The notes under the pieces: generated by a model
What the model was told of the DNA's origin: nothing
Seen by the model: the letters and a program-made list of their open reading frames with translations, nothing else
The model's database searches: none
NCBI GenBank assembly: GCA_026984135.1
Contig: JALSSR010000152.1
Coordinates: 1-51,117 of the forward strand
Length of the DNA: 51,117 bases
Origin: Bacteroidales bacterium
GTDB lineage: Bacteria > Bacteroidota > Bacteroidia > Bacteroidales > JAADJA01
Direction: 5' to 3'
Part shown: positions 29,795 through 39,150 of the stretch, piece by piece
Layout of the letters: the number at the start of each line of letters is the position of its first letter
Numbering within the stretch: position 1 is the stretch's first letter
Program-made: the position numbers and the translations under genes

Positions 29795-30868
29795 ATGATA
29801 ACTGCTATTGTTATAACGTTGTTGCTGATAATTATATACCTGCTATATCCTTTGTGGTTGTGTGCTTTTTCGGTTGCCGAGCCACAAAAGGATGGTGAAG
29901 AGTGTGAAATTGACGGTGTTTCACTTATTTTGATAACATTGAACGGAGAAAAATTCCTGAATGAAAAAATAAACTTTCTTATTAAAGAACTTTCCCGTTT
30001 TGAAAATAAAGAATTAATAATCATTGATGATTGCAGTACGGATGAAACAAGTAAAATCATTAACTGTTTTAAAGATGATTCGGAGGTCAGGATTATCCAA
30101 AAGAAAGTTGTTAAGGGTATCCCCGATTCAATGAATCTTGGTGTGAAATTGGCAAAGTATAACAATATTGTGTTTTGCGACCAGCGGCAGACCATACATA
30201 AAAATGCTCTTAAAAGACTTTTATCTCCTTTGGCAGATGCCAATGTCGGGGCCGTTTCGTGCCTTATATCTTCTTACGACAACAGAAAATCGGTGTCGTT
30301 CATCCGGATGTATGAAAATTATTTGAAATCCCTGGAAAGCAGGAGCGGGAATTTAATAGGTGTTTATGGTCCCTTTTATGCATTACGAAAAGAAAACTAC
30401 ATCCCGATTCCCGAAGATATTATTCTTGACGATCTTTATTTGAGCCTTAAGATACTGCCGGAGAAACAGATAGTTATGGCACAACAATGCATAGTTACCG
30501 ATACAAGGTTCGGTCACCTTTATGATTATAACAGAGTTAAAAGATATTTAAACGGGTTTTTGCAAATTTTAAAGGATAGAGAATTGATGAGGAATTTAAG
30601 CATAAAACAAAAGGTGATGCTTATATGGCATAAATATTTAAGACTACTTATTCCCGTTTTTGTATTTTTCGATATTATTGCCGCCCTAATATTGTTTTCC
30701 TACGGTGCATTATTTTTGATAATGTTTATATGCCTTATGCTCATAGCGGTATTTTCGTTTGTATTGAACTCATTCAAATCCGAGATATTATCATTTGTAC
30801 GTATAAATATTTTTTATATCATTGCATTTGTTGATATATTAAAAAGTAATCTCTTTGTTAAAAAATGA
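29795..30868 (+). CDS. Membrane glycosyltransferase family 2
   Basis: IIIDDCSTD, FCDQRQ, GPFYALR, DDLYL; TM segments at both ends. Confidence 0.85.
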   Translation: MITAIVITLLLIIIYLLYPLWLCAFSVAEPQKDGEECEIDGVSLILITLNGEKFLNEKINFLIKELSRFENKELIIIDDCSTDETSKIINCFKDDSEVRIIQKKVVKGIPDSMNLGVKLAKYNNIVFCDQRQTIHKNALKRLLSPLADANVGAVSCLISSYDNRKSVSFIRMYENYLKSLESRSGNLIGVYGPFYALRKENYIPIPEDIILDDLYLSLKILPEKQIVMAQQCIVTDTRFGHLYDYNRVKRYLNGFLQILKDRELMRNLSIKQKVMLIWHKYLRLLIPVFVFFDIIAALILFSYGALFLIMFICLMLIAVFSFVLNSFKSEILSFVRINIFYIIAFVDILKSNLFVKK

Positions 30869-31989
30869 ATAATCCCGGCCGAAATAGTGAATTAAGATTT
30901 ATGAAGCCTTTCGTGCCTCAACCGGTTGAAATCTTTCCTTATCTGGAGAAAATTTCAAAATCTAGATGGATAACCAACGGCGGTACCATACAAGACAAAC
31001 TTGAAGAAGCTCTTTGTGAATATTTGGGAGTGAAACATATCTGTCTTTTTTCCAGTGGCACAACGGCTTTGATGATGGCTTTAAGGGTGCTGAATATTCG
31101 GGGTGAGGTTATTACAACGCCTTTTACATCCATTGCAACCGTTCAGGCAATACTTTGGAATAACCTGAAACCGGTTTTTGTTGATATAAATGAAACCGGT
31201 TTTAATATTGATCCCGTCAAAGTTGAAACGGCAATTACACCGGAAACAAAAGTTGTTTTGCCGGTTCATGTCTTTGGCAACCCTTGTGATGTGAACTCTA
31301 TTGATATACTTGCCAAAAAACACAATCTCAAAATAGTTTATGATGCAGCGCACTGCTTTGGTGTGGAGTTTGAAAATACTCCGGTTTATTCTTTCGGTGA
31401 TTTGTCGGTTCTTAGTTTTCATGCCACAAAAGTTTTTAACACTATTGAGGGCGGTGCCATAATTTGTAATGACCCGGAGATGAAAAAGTTAATAGAAATG
31501 TATAAAAATCCCGGGCTGATTAAAAATGGCAATACTTTAGGGTATGGATTCAATGCGAAAATGAACGAAGTACAGGCTGCTTTTGGTCTTGTTAATTTAA
31601 GCCACATTGATTCTGTCATTGGAATGCGTAAAAATGCAGTTAAGAAATATAAGGAATTACTTGCCGATGTAGAAGGTTTGATTTTGCCTTATGAAAATGA
31701 TTTTGTGAAATACAACTATTCCTACTTTCCGGTGATTATTGTCCCTGATATTTTTAATTTGTCGAGGGATGAGGTGCTGAGTCATCTTAAAAGAAAAAAT
31801 ATAACTGCAAAAAAATATTTTCATCCGCTTGCTACCGGGTATTTTGCAAGTGATGATTTTCGTGTCGAAGATATTGCCGTTGCTAAAAAAGTATCTGAAA
31901 ATATTATTTGTTTGCCGCTTTTCCACGATATAAGTGATGATGAAATTTTTCGGGTCGTAAACGAAATAGTTTGTTTAAATAGAGATTAA
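30865..31989 (+). CDS. DegT/DnrJ/EryC1/StrS family sugar aminotransferase (VioA-like)
   Basis: SSGTTAL, PVHVFGNP, YDAAH, SFHATKVFNTIEGG (PLP lysine), NAKMNE. Confidence 0.9.
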   Translation: MNNPGRNSELRFMKPFVPQPVEIFPYLEKISKSRWITNGGTIQDKLEEALCEYLGVKHICLFSSGTTALMMALRVLNIRGEVITTPFTSIATVQAILWNNLKPVFVDINETGFNIDPVKVETAITPETKVVLPVHVFGNPCDVNSIDILAKKHNLKIVYDAAHCFGVEFENTPVYSFGDLSVLSFHATKVFNTIEGGAIICNDPEMKKLIEMYKNPGLIKNGNTLGYGFNAKMNEVQAAFGLVNLSHIDSVIGMRKNAVKKYKELLADVEGLILPYENDFVKYNYSYFPVIIVPDIFNLSRDEVLSHLKRKNITAKKYFHPLATGYFASDDFRVEDIAVAKKVSENIICLPLFHDISDDEIFRVVNEIVCLNRD

Positions 31990-32003
31990 AGGAGACCAAA
32001 ATT

Positions 32004-33227
32004 GTGTTGAGAGTTCTGCAAGTATGCCATAAAATGCCCTTTCCGCTGAAAGACGGTGGTGCGGTATCAATTTATAATACTGCTGCCGGTCTGCTCAACC
32101 TTGGTGTAAGTTTAAAGATTTTTGCCGTAAACACACCTAAAAACTTAATAAAAGGGGAGGAAGTGCCTGATGACTTTAAAAATAAAACACAATTTGAATC
32201 CGAAATAATTGATACCGGAGTAAAACCGGTAAAAGCATTTATGAATCTTTTTTCGAACAAATCATATTTTGTAACACGTTTTTACTCTAAAAAATTTGAG
32301 AACCGCTTGATTAAAATACTTAAGAAACAAAATTTTGATATCGTGCAACTGGAGCATGTTTATCTGGGGCTTTATATTGATACCATCAGAAAACATTCAA
32401 ATGCAAAAATCGTTTTGCGACCTCAAAATGTTGAAAGTCAACTTTGGAAAAGGTATCTTGAAAATGTAAATAATCCTTTGAAGAAATATTATCTTGAAAT
32501 AGCTACACAGCGGCTTTTTAAATTTGAAAGAAAAACAGCTAATAGCGTGGATGGAATAATGGGAATATCCCCAAACGATTCCGGTGTTTTCAGTAAGTGG
32601 GTGCCGAAAACTCCGGTATCGAATATACCTGTGGGATATGAGATTAATACAAATAATGTATCTTCCCCGGATTTCTTCGAAAGGGAATCCGGTTTCCCGG
32701 TTTTTTACCATTTGGGCTCAATGGATTGGCTTCCGAATGTTCAGGCCGTTAAATGGTTTATCTCGGATGTAATACCTATAATAAAAAAATCCGTTGGTAA
32801 TTTCCGGTTTAGAATTGCAGGTAAGAATATGCCTGAATATTTCTATAAACTGAAAAATGCCAGCCTGATAGTTGACGGTGAGATTGAAGATCCCCGGAAA
32901 TATCAGTCGGATAAACAGGTGATGATTGTTCCGCTGTTGTCCGGTGGGGGAATACGCGTTAAAATAATTGAAGGAATGGTGCTGGGAAAAGTTGTTATTT
33001 CAACACCACTCGGTGCGGAAGGAATTCCTTATAGCGACGGGGTTAATATTCTTATTGCCGACTCAAAAGAGGAGTTTGCAAAAAAAATTGTTGAGTGCAT
33101 AAATTCGTGGAAACATTGCACGGAAATAGGCAAAAATGCGCGTTTACTTGCGTCGCAATATTTTGACCGTAGTAAGTTAGCGGAAAAAATGATACTTTTT
33201 TATGAAGATGTTATTTCAAAAACCTGA
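32004..33227 (+). CDS. Glycosyltransferase family 4
   Basis: PFPLKDGG, LGSMDWLPN, VPLLSGGGIRVKIIEGM. Confidence 0.88.
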   Translation: MLRVLQVCHKMPFPLKDGGAVSIYNTAAGLLNLGVSLKIFAVNTPKNLIKGEEVPDDFKNKTQFESEIIDTGVKPVKAFMNLFSNKSYFVTRFYSKKFENRLIKILKKQNFDIVQLEHVYLGLYIDTIRKHSNAKIVLRPQNVESQLWKRYLENVNNPLKKYYLEIATQRLFKFERKTANSVDGIMGISPNDSGVFSKWVPKTPVSNIPVGYEINTNNVSSPDFFERESGFPVFYHLGSMDWLPNVQAVKWFISDVIPIIKKSVGNFRFRIAGKNMPEYFYKLKNASLIVDGEIEDPRKYQSDKQVMIVPLLSGGGIRVKIIEGMVLGKVVISTPLGAEGIPYSDGVNILIADSKEEFAKKIVECINSWKHCTEIGKNARLLASQYFDRSKLAEKMILFYEDVISKT

Positions 33228-33256
33228 TTTCTTTCGACATTTGAGAAAGACAATAT

Positions 33257-34753
33257 TTATCCGCAATGGAAATATCTCTCCACAAGCTTCATAACTTCTT
33301 CGGGATTATTTTCCGTTTCCTTACGTAAATTGACGTCGTTAAAGCTTTTGTGATATTCAATGATCCCGTTTAAGATACCTTCGGTAAAGACACCGTATTT
33401 CAAAAGTATATCCTTTTGTTTCTCAAGGGATTTGGCCGACTCATAGCAAGAGGAGGGAAGGTGTTTCAACTCGTTTGCTTTTTTGTCGTCTTTGAAAATA
33501 TCAACATCAACATAGGTTTTTTCGGCAAATTTTATTGCATCTTTCATCTCGAAGCCGTGACGAACGGCAACGGCAAGGCTTGCCATCAGTGTGTAAATGT
33601 CGGCGGAGCCGTCGGCAGCTCTAAACTCAATAGTCTGTTTGTCGGGAGGAGAAACGGGTTTTTTCTCTTCAAGGGGATTGGCATTTTGTGCCATATTCAG
33701 CTTGCCTGTCCAGCCAAGTGGTACTCTTACGAGCACCGACCTGTTGCGGTCGCCCCAGCAAATATTTGTGGGAGCTTCCTGATGTGGAACAAGGCGGAAG
33801 TAAGAAGTGGGATTCAGATTTCCGAAAGCCGTAACCGAAGGAGCCAGATCAAGAAAACCGGCAATAAGTTTTTTGGCATCATCGGTGAGATTTCCGTTTT
33901 CCACCAGCATATTGTGCCCCTCTTTCATCAGTTTTGTGTGAATGTGAAGTCCGCTGCCTGCTTTTCCTACCGTAATTTTCGGTGCAAAAGTAACCGTAAC
34001 TCCATGTTTGTATGCCAGCGTCCTGATAATCCATTTTGCAATCATAAGCTGGTCGGCGGCACTTTCAATATCGTCGGGCAAAAATTCAATCTCATTTTGC
34101 TCATATTCAAGATTGTCAACCGTAAAGTTTCCCACTTCCGAATGTCCGTATTTTATAACGCCACCGGCTTCGGCAATGGCAAGCATAGCTTCTCGCCTGA
34201 AATTGCCCCACTTTGAAAAAGGCTCCGCCTCGTGATAACCTTTCTGGTCGGTTGCCGGGAAAAGCTCTTCCTTTTCGCTGATTATATAATACTCCAGCTC
34301 ACCCATGGCATACATGGTCATTCCTGTTTTTTCTTTCAAAACATCATGTGCTTTTTTCAGAATGTACTGCGGTGAATCTTCCAGCGGGTTACCGTCTTTA
34401 TTATAGTATGAGCAGAGAATATCAATTGTGGGGACTTCCGAGAAAGGATTTACGAAGGCTGTTTTATATCTCGGTATCACGTAGAGGTCGCTGGAACCGG
34501 CTTCTATAAAAGGGAAAAGACTGGAGCCGTCAACACGTTCGCCGAAAGTGAGCAGGTCGTCAAGATGTTGCTTGCTGTTTATTACGAAGTTTAGTGTTTT
34601 CAGTCTTCCGTCCCAACCGCCGTAGCGGAAATTTACCATTGCAATGTCGTGATCCTCAATGTATCTGATAAGATCTGCTTTCGTGAATTTTTCCGCAGGC
34701 TTGTTCAGGTACTGCACCAGCGGATTCGGGTTCATCTCCGTGTAAATGTTCAT
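33257..34753 (-). CDS. glnA: Glutamine synthetase family protein (type I-like, Bacteroidota form)
   Basis: VDGSSLF, GELEYY, HSEVG, EQNEIEF, FAPK...GSGLHIH, EAPTNICWGDRNRS, IEFR. Confidence 0.85.
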   Translation of the reverse strand: MNIYTEMNPNPLVQYLNKPAEKFTKADLIRYIEDHDIAMVNFRYGGWDGRLKTLNFVINSKQHLDDLLTFGERVDGSSLFPFIEAGSSDLYVIPRYKTAFVNPFSEVPTIDILCSYYNKDGNPLEDSPQYILKKAHDVLKEKTGMTMYAMGELEYYIISEKEELFPATDQKGYHEAEPFSKWGNFRREAMLAIAEAGGVIKYGHSEVGNFTVDNLEYEQNEIEFLPDDIESAADQLMIAKWIIRTLAYKHGVTVTFAPKITVGKAGSGLHIHTKLMKEGHNMLVENGNLTDDAKKLIAGFLDLAPSVTAFGNLNPTSYFRLVPHQEAPTNICWGDRNRSVLVRVPLGWTGKLNMAQNANPLEEKKPVSPPDKQTIEFRAADGSADIYTLMASLAVAVRHGFEMKDAIKFAEKTYVDVDIFKDDKKANELKHLPSSCYESAKSLEKQKDILLKYGVFTEGILNGIIEYHKSFNDVNLRKETENNPEEVMKLVERYFHCG

Positions 34754-35087
34754 ATTTTCAAAATAAAAAATTTATACCTTTTTATGTTGTGTGTCACAGT
34801 AGAAATATTGGACGCCAAACTTAGGTATTTTCCACTAATTAACCGGTAAAAAGAAGATATAAAATTTTATTCGAGCAATTCGTAGATATTTTCCGGAGTG
34901 ATTACCTTAAATGTTTTTACATTATACATTTCGGAAAATTGGCGGGGCAGACTAACCTTTCTTTACAAAATTAAGCTTAAAATTGTATTTTTTAATTATT
35001 GATTATCATTTTTTGTTCTTGGTTTGAGTTGAAAAAAATTGATGTACATTTGCTGAGACAAAGTATTGATGGATTTAAACGATTATT

Positions 35088-36131
35088 ATGGGTGATATTT
35101 TTTTATCATCATTGGGATTGCTGGCATCATTCTATTTTCTGTATTTCATTACGGAGTTCTATTTTATTCCTTCGCTCGATGAACTTGCAAAGAAGCTGAA
35201 GATGTCTTCGGATATGGCGGGTGCCACATTGATGGCTGCCGGGTCAAGTGCACCGGAGTTGGCTGTAATGCTTTTTGCCATTTTCATAAAAGGTGATCAT
35301 GAGGCTATCGGAATAGGTACTATTGTGGGGTCGGCGTTGTTTAATTTGTTGGTTATTGTGGGGGTGGTTATGATATTGGGAAAATCTAAAATGGTGTGGC
35401 AACCTCTTTTAAGAGATCTGATTTTTTACGGCATCTCCGTTGCATTGATATTTTTCTTCTTTGCCGACGGCTATCTGACTCCTGTTGAATCTTTGATGTT
35501 TGTTACTGTATATATCATCTATATCGTCGTAATGTATTTATGGCAAAAATATTTTCCGTATGAGGATATTGAAGACCATATTCGTGAAAATGAATTTCCG
35601 GAAGAGGACTCGGGAAATCTTAAAAAAAGTTTTGACAATCTGCTTCAAAAATTTGTTCCCAATGTAAATAATATTTTTATAGCATTTTTGCTTTCGGTTG
35701 TGGTAATTAGCGGATTGAGTTGGTTACTCGTGCATTTTGCAGTTAATTTGTCAAGAACTCTGAACATCCCGGAAGTTTTTATCGGTCTGACAGTAATAGC
35801 TATGGGCACCTCCGTACCCGATCTTATTTCGTCGGCAATTACGGCAAAACAGGGACGCTCGGGTATGGCCATAAATAATGCTATCGGCTCCAATGTGTTT
35901 GATATATTGATCGGAATAGGATTTCCGTTTCTTCTTCTGTCCGTCATTGAAACCCATTCCTTTGAGGTCGTTTCCGGAAATCTATTGATTTCGTTTGTAT
36001 TGCTGTTCGGTTCGGTGGCGGTACTTACGCTGACTTTTTTATTGAACAGATGGAAGACAAGTAAACCAATCGGCTATTTACTTATTTTTATTTATCTGTG
36101 TTATCTTGTTTTTGAGATTTTGAAGGTTTAA
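35088..36131 (+). CDS. Calcium/sodium antiporter (CaCA family)
   Basis: Two alpha repeats, AAGSSAPEL...GSALFN and AMGTSVPDL...GSNVFD; about 10 TM segments. Confidence 0.9.
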   Translation: MGDIFLSSLGLLASFYFLYFITEFYFIPSLDELAKKLKMSSDMAGATLMAAGSSAPELAVMLFAIFIKGDHEAIGIGTIVGSALFNLLVIVGVVMILGKSKMVWQPLLRDLIFYGISVALIFFFFADGYLTPVESLMFVTVYIIYIVVMYLWQKYFPYEDIEDHIRENEFPEEDSGNLKKSFDNLLQKFVPNVNNIFIAFLLSVVVISGLSWLLVHFAVNLSRTLNIPEVFIGLTVIAMGTSVPDLISSAITAKQGRSGMAINNAIGSNVFDILIGIGFPFLLLSVIETHSFEVVSGNLLISFVLLFGSVAVLTLTFLLNRWKTSKPIGYLLIFIYLCYLVFEILKV

Positions 36132-36161
36132 TCAAGCTTATATGGAGTTGGACAATAAATT

Positions 36162-37259
36162 CTACTTAATACTTTTAAAATAAACTTCCAACAATTGTTT
36201 TGCCGCTTTATATGAACTAAGATTGCCATCCAGCACCATTCTTTCAACTTTGGGAAGCAGTTTTTTTACGGAAGGATTATTTTTAAAACTGTTTTGAAAA
36301 CTCTCCTGAATGGTCTCGAACATTATTTTCAATTTCTGTTCCCTGCGTCGTTTTTGGAAATAGCCGTTCTTTTTCATCCGGGTTTCATAATTTGCAATTT
36401 TCTCCCAAATTTCCTCAATTCCGTTTTTTTCGCGCGCCGAGCAGGTATCCACAAAAGGTATCCAACCCGATTCCGTAGGGGGAAAGAGGTGAAGTGCATT
36501 TTTATATTCACGTTTTGCCAATTCCGCTTTTGCAACATTATCACCGTCGGCTTTGTTAATAACAATGGCATCGGCCATTTCCATAATTCCCCTTTTAATA
36601 CCCTGAAGTTCATCGCCGGCACCGGCAAGCATGAGGAGAAGAAAGAAATCAACCATCGAATAAACGGCTGTTTCGGACTGACCCACACCAACTGTTTCCA
36701 CGAATATCGTATCGAAACCGGCAGCTTCGCAAAGTATGATTATCTCTTTTGTCTTTTTTGCCACACCGCCGAGTGAGCCTGCCGACGGTGAAGGGCGGAT
36801 GAAAGCGTCCGGGTCGGCGGCAAGTTCCTCCATCCTTGTTTTATCGCCGAGTATTGAGCCTTTGGTCCGTTTGCTGCTCGGGTCAATGGCGAGGACAGCA
36901 AGTTTGTGTCCCGACGTGGTGAGATGTTTTCCAAGGGCCTCGATAAAAGTACTTTTGCCGACTCCAGGAACCCCTGTTATCCCGACTCTTATGGAATTAC
37001 CCGAAAAGGGCAAACATAGTTCCATAATGTCGTCCGCTAGCTTTTGATGTTTCGGTAGCGAACTTTCAATGAGTGTAATTGCTTTACTTAGTATTGTACG
37101 GTTGCCGCTTTTAATTCCTTCGGCATACTCTTTTGCGGTAAGTAAACCGGGTTTAGTGCCTTTTAACATTTTGGCCGCCTGAGGATTGAATGATGCAGGT
37201 TGCTCTATACCCTTATTGACTTTTAGTGCCGATTTGTTATCTCTGTTTTCCTTTTGCAA
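36162..37259 (-). CDS. meaB: Methylmalonyl-CoA mutase-associated GTPase MeaB/ArgK
   Basis: GITGVPGVGKST, AIDPSS, ILGDKTRM, ETVGVGQSE, GDELQGIKRG, NKAD. Confidence 0.93.
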   Translation of the reverse strand: MQKENRDNKSALKVNKGIEQPASFNPQAAKMLKGTKPGLLTAKEYAEGIKSGNRTILSKAITLIESSLPKHQKLADDIMELCLPFSGNSIRVGITGVPGVGKSTFIEALGKHLTTSGHKLAVLAIDPSSKRTKGSILGDKTRMEELAADPDAFIRPSPSAGSLGGVAKKTKEIIILCEAAGFDTIFVETVGVGQSETAVYSMVDFFLLLMLAGAGDELQGIKRGIMEMADAIVINKADGDNVAKAELAKREYKNALHLFPPTESGWIPFVDTCSAREKNGIEEIWEKIANYETRMKKNGYFQKRRREQKLKIMFETIQESFQNSFKNNPSVKKLLPKVERMVLDGNLSSYKAAKQLLEVYFKSIK

Positions 37260-37491
37260 CGTTGAGAATGTTTTTGCAAAGATAATTAACTATTTGTTTT
37301 TAAAAGCTAAAAATATCAATCTTGAAATACATTAATGAGTTGAGTACGAAAAGGTCGGTTTTTTCAAAATCAAGGTGCAGCGAATTTTTGGAGCGGAGCT
37401 AACTCTCAGTTAATGAGTAGATGAAGATTTGCGACAACCCAGAGTTTGACGGCTAAGAACCTTTTTGGAGCACAATCACCAATTTATTTTA

Positions 37492-37499
37492 TACTTTTG
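37492..37499 (+). promoter_or_regulatory. -7 box upstream of tRNA-Lys
   Basis: TACTTTTG about 20 nt before the tRNA. Confidence 0.55.
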
Positions 37500-37518
37500 C
37501 AAAGTATTTGAAATAGAT

Positions 37519-37591
<73 letters not shown>

Positions 37592-37639
37592 CAAAAAAAT
37601 AAAAAATATTTGCAGGTATCCATCATTAAGATTCTTTAA

Positions 37640-39073
37640 ATGAAAAAACAGGTTTTATTTTTATTAGCCTTTTTGTTAATTTTATCTCCGGGATTTAGTC
37701 AGGACTATTCCTATGATAAAAAAATCGGTGCGGAGAATGCCAGGCAGGTGCCTTTAACAATGGGAATTTATAACGATTCGGTTTTGTCGGCTTATGTTTC
37801 TTCGGTGGGAGAAAGATTGGTGAAACAGGTGGAATATGTCCCGCTTGATTTCAATTTTCATATTGTGGATATGCAGGAGCCCAACGCATTTGCTTTGCCG
37901 GGAGGTTATATCTATGTAACACGGGGAGTGTTGAGCCTGGTAAATGATGAGTCGGAGCTTGCCTGCATTATGGGGCACGAGATGATACATGCCATCGAAA
38001 GGCACAGCGTTAAGCAGATGAAAAAGAAAATACTTCCCGGACTACTGCAAATACCCGGAGCTCTCGTGGGTATTGTAAATCCGAGTCTTGGTGGACTTAT
38101 TAGTGCTCCGGTTCAGATAGGGAGTGCACTTTTTCTGTCGAGTTATAGTCGTAGTCAGGAAAAACAGGCCGACAGACTTGGCATTGACCTTGCATCCAAA
38201 GCCGGGTACGACCCGTCCAAACTGGCAATTATTCTCGAAAACCTTTCAAAAGATGTAGAAACCCTTACCGGAGAGGAAGAAAAGAAAAGCTATTTCAGTT
38301 CACATCCCTTCACCCCTAAAAGAGTTTCATATCTTGACAAAGAGGTTGACAAGCTTCAATGGACGCCAAAAGTGCCTATTGCAAAAAACAAGGAGGAGTT
38401 GTTCGGTTATTTGAAAGGAATGTGTTTCGGAGATAATCCCGAACAGGGAGTGTTTAAGGATAATAAGTTTCTCCATCCCGATATGGATTTTACAATAACC
38501 TTTCCCGAAAAGTGGCAAACACAAAATATTCCGGTTGCGGTTGGCGCAATGCAGCCTAAGGGTGATGCACGCATTGTATTACAACTTTCCGACACCGTGG
38601 CTAATCCCGATTCGCTCGGTTTGGATTTTGTGAGAAAATTCAAAAAGAAATATAAAGAATCACCAAAAGAAAACAGACATCTTGAAATTAACGGTTATCC
38701 TGCATATATGGTAATGCTGTCCGATAACAGCAGCGGAAAAACGGTTAATATGTTTCTCTATTGGATAAAAAAGAGTGATGTTGTTTTTAATATTCAAGGG
38801 TTGGGGTATTCGCAATATTCCGACACAATACAAAATTGTGTTCAAACATTCCGGGAGCTTACCGAAAAAGAGAAAGAGGGTATTACAAGCCTAAAGCTCG
38901 ATTTTGCTAAAGTGAAAGCAGGCGAAAGCCTAAAGGCCTTTTCCGAAAGAACAGGCAATAAATGGAACGAAGAGGTGACCGGTCTAATGAATGGGCTTGA
39001 GAAAGGGGCTAAACTTGAAGAAGGTCAATATTTAAAGATTGCCGTAGAAGTTCCCTACATTAGTAAGAAATGA
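37640..39073 (+). CDS. M48 family zinc metallopeptidase with C-terminal extension
   Basis: PNAFALPGGYIYVTRG, GHEMIH (HExxH), YSRSQEKQAD, SSHP. Confidence 0.88.
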   Translation: MKKQVLFLLAFLLILSPGFSQDYSYDKKIGAENARQVPLTMGIYNDSVLSAYVSSVGERLVKQVEYVPLDFNFHIVDMQEPNAFALPGGYIYVTRGVLSLVNDESELACIMGHEMIHAIERHSVKQMKKKILPGLLQIPGALVGIVNPSLGGLISAPVQIGSALFLSSYSRSQEKQADRLGIDLASKAGYDPSKLAIILENLSKDVETLTGEEEKKSYFSSHPFTPKRVSYLDKEVDKLQWTPKVPIAKNKEELFGYLKGMCFGDNPEQGVFKDNKFLHPDMDFTITFPEKWQTQNIPVAVGAMQPKGDARIVLQLSDTVANPDSLGLDFVRKFKKKYKESPKENRHLEINGYPAYMVMLSDNSSGKTVNMFLYWIKKSDVVFNIQGLGYSQYSDTIQNCVQTFRELTEKEKEGITSLKLDFAKVKAGESLKAFSERTGNKWNEEVTGLMNGLEKGAKLEEGQYLKIAVEVPYISKK

Positions 39074-39150
39074 TTTTTTTTGCTCAATGCATATTAATTT
39101 CATTTTGAGTTGTCATTAACCAGTGGAAATACATTAAATAAACATAACAG

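Noticed and set aside
33416-34216. 266-aa ORF antisense to glnA, and the other nested or antisense ORFs in the track (e.g. 36294-36776, 39312-39782, 48033-48584)
   Set aside because: They lie wholly within well-supported genes on the opposite strand or in another frame and show no recognisable motifs.
28385-37259. Cobalamin regulon or riboswitch linking the B12 radical SAM gene and meaB
   Set aside because: No B12-element core is recognisable in the intergenic regions, and the genes lie on opposite strands separated by unrelated genes.
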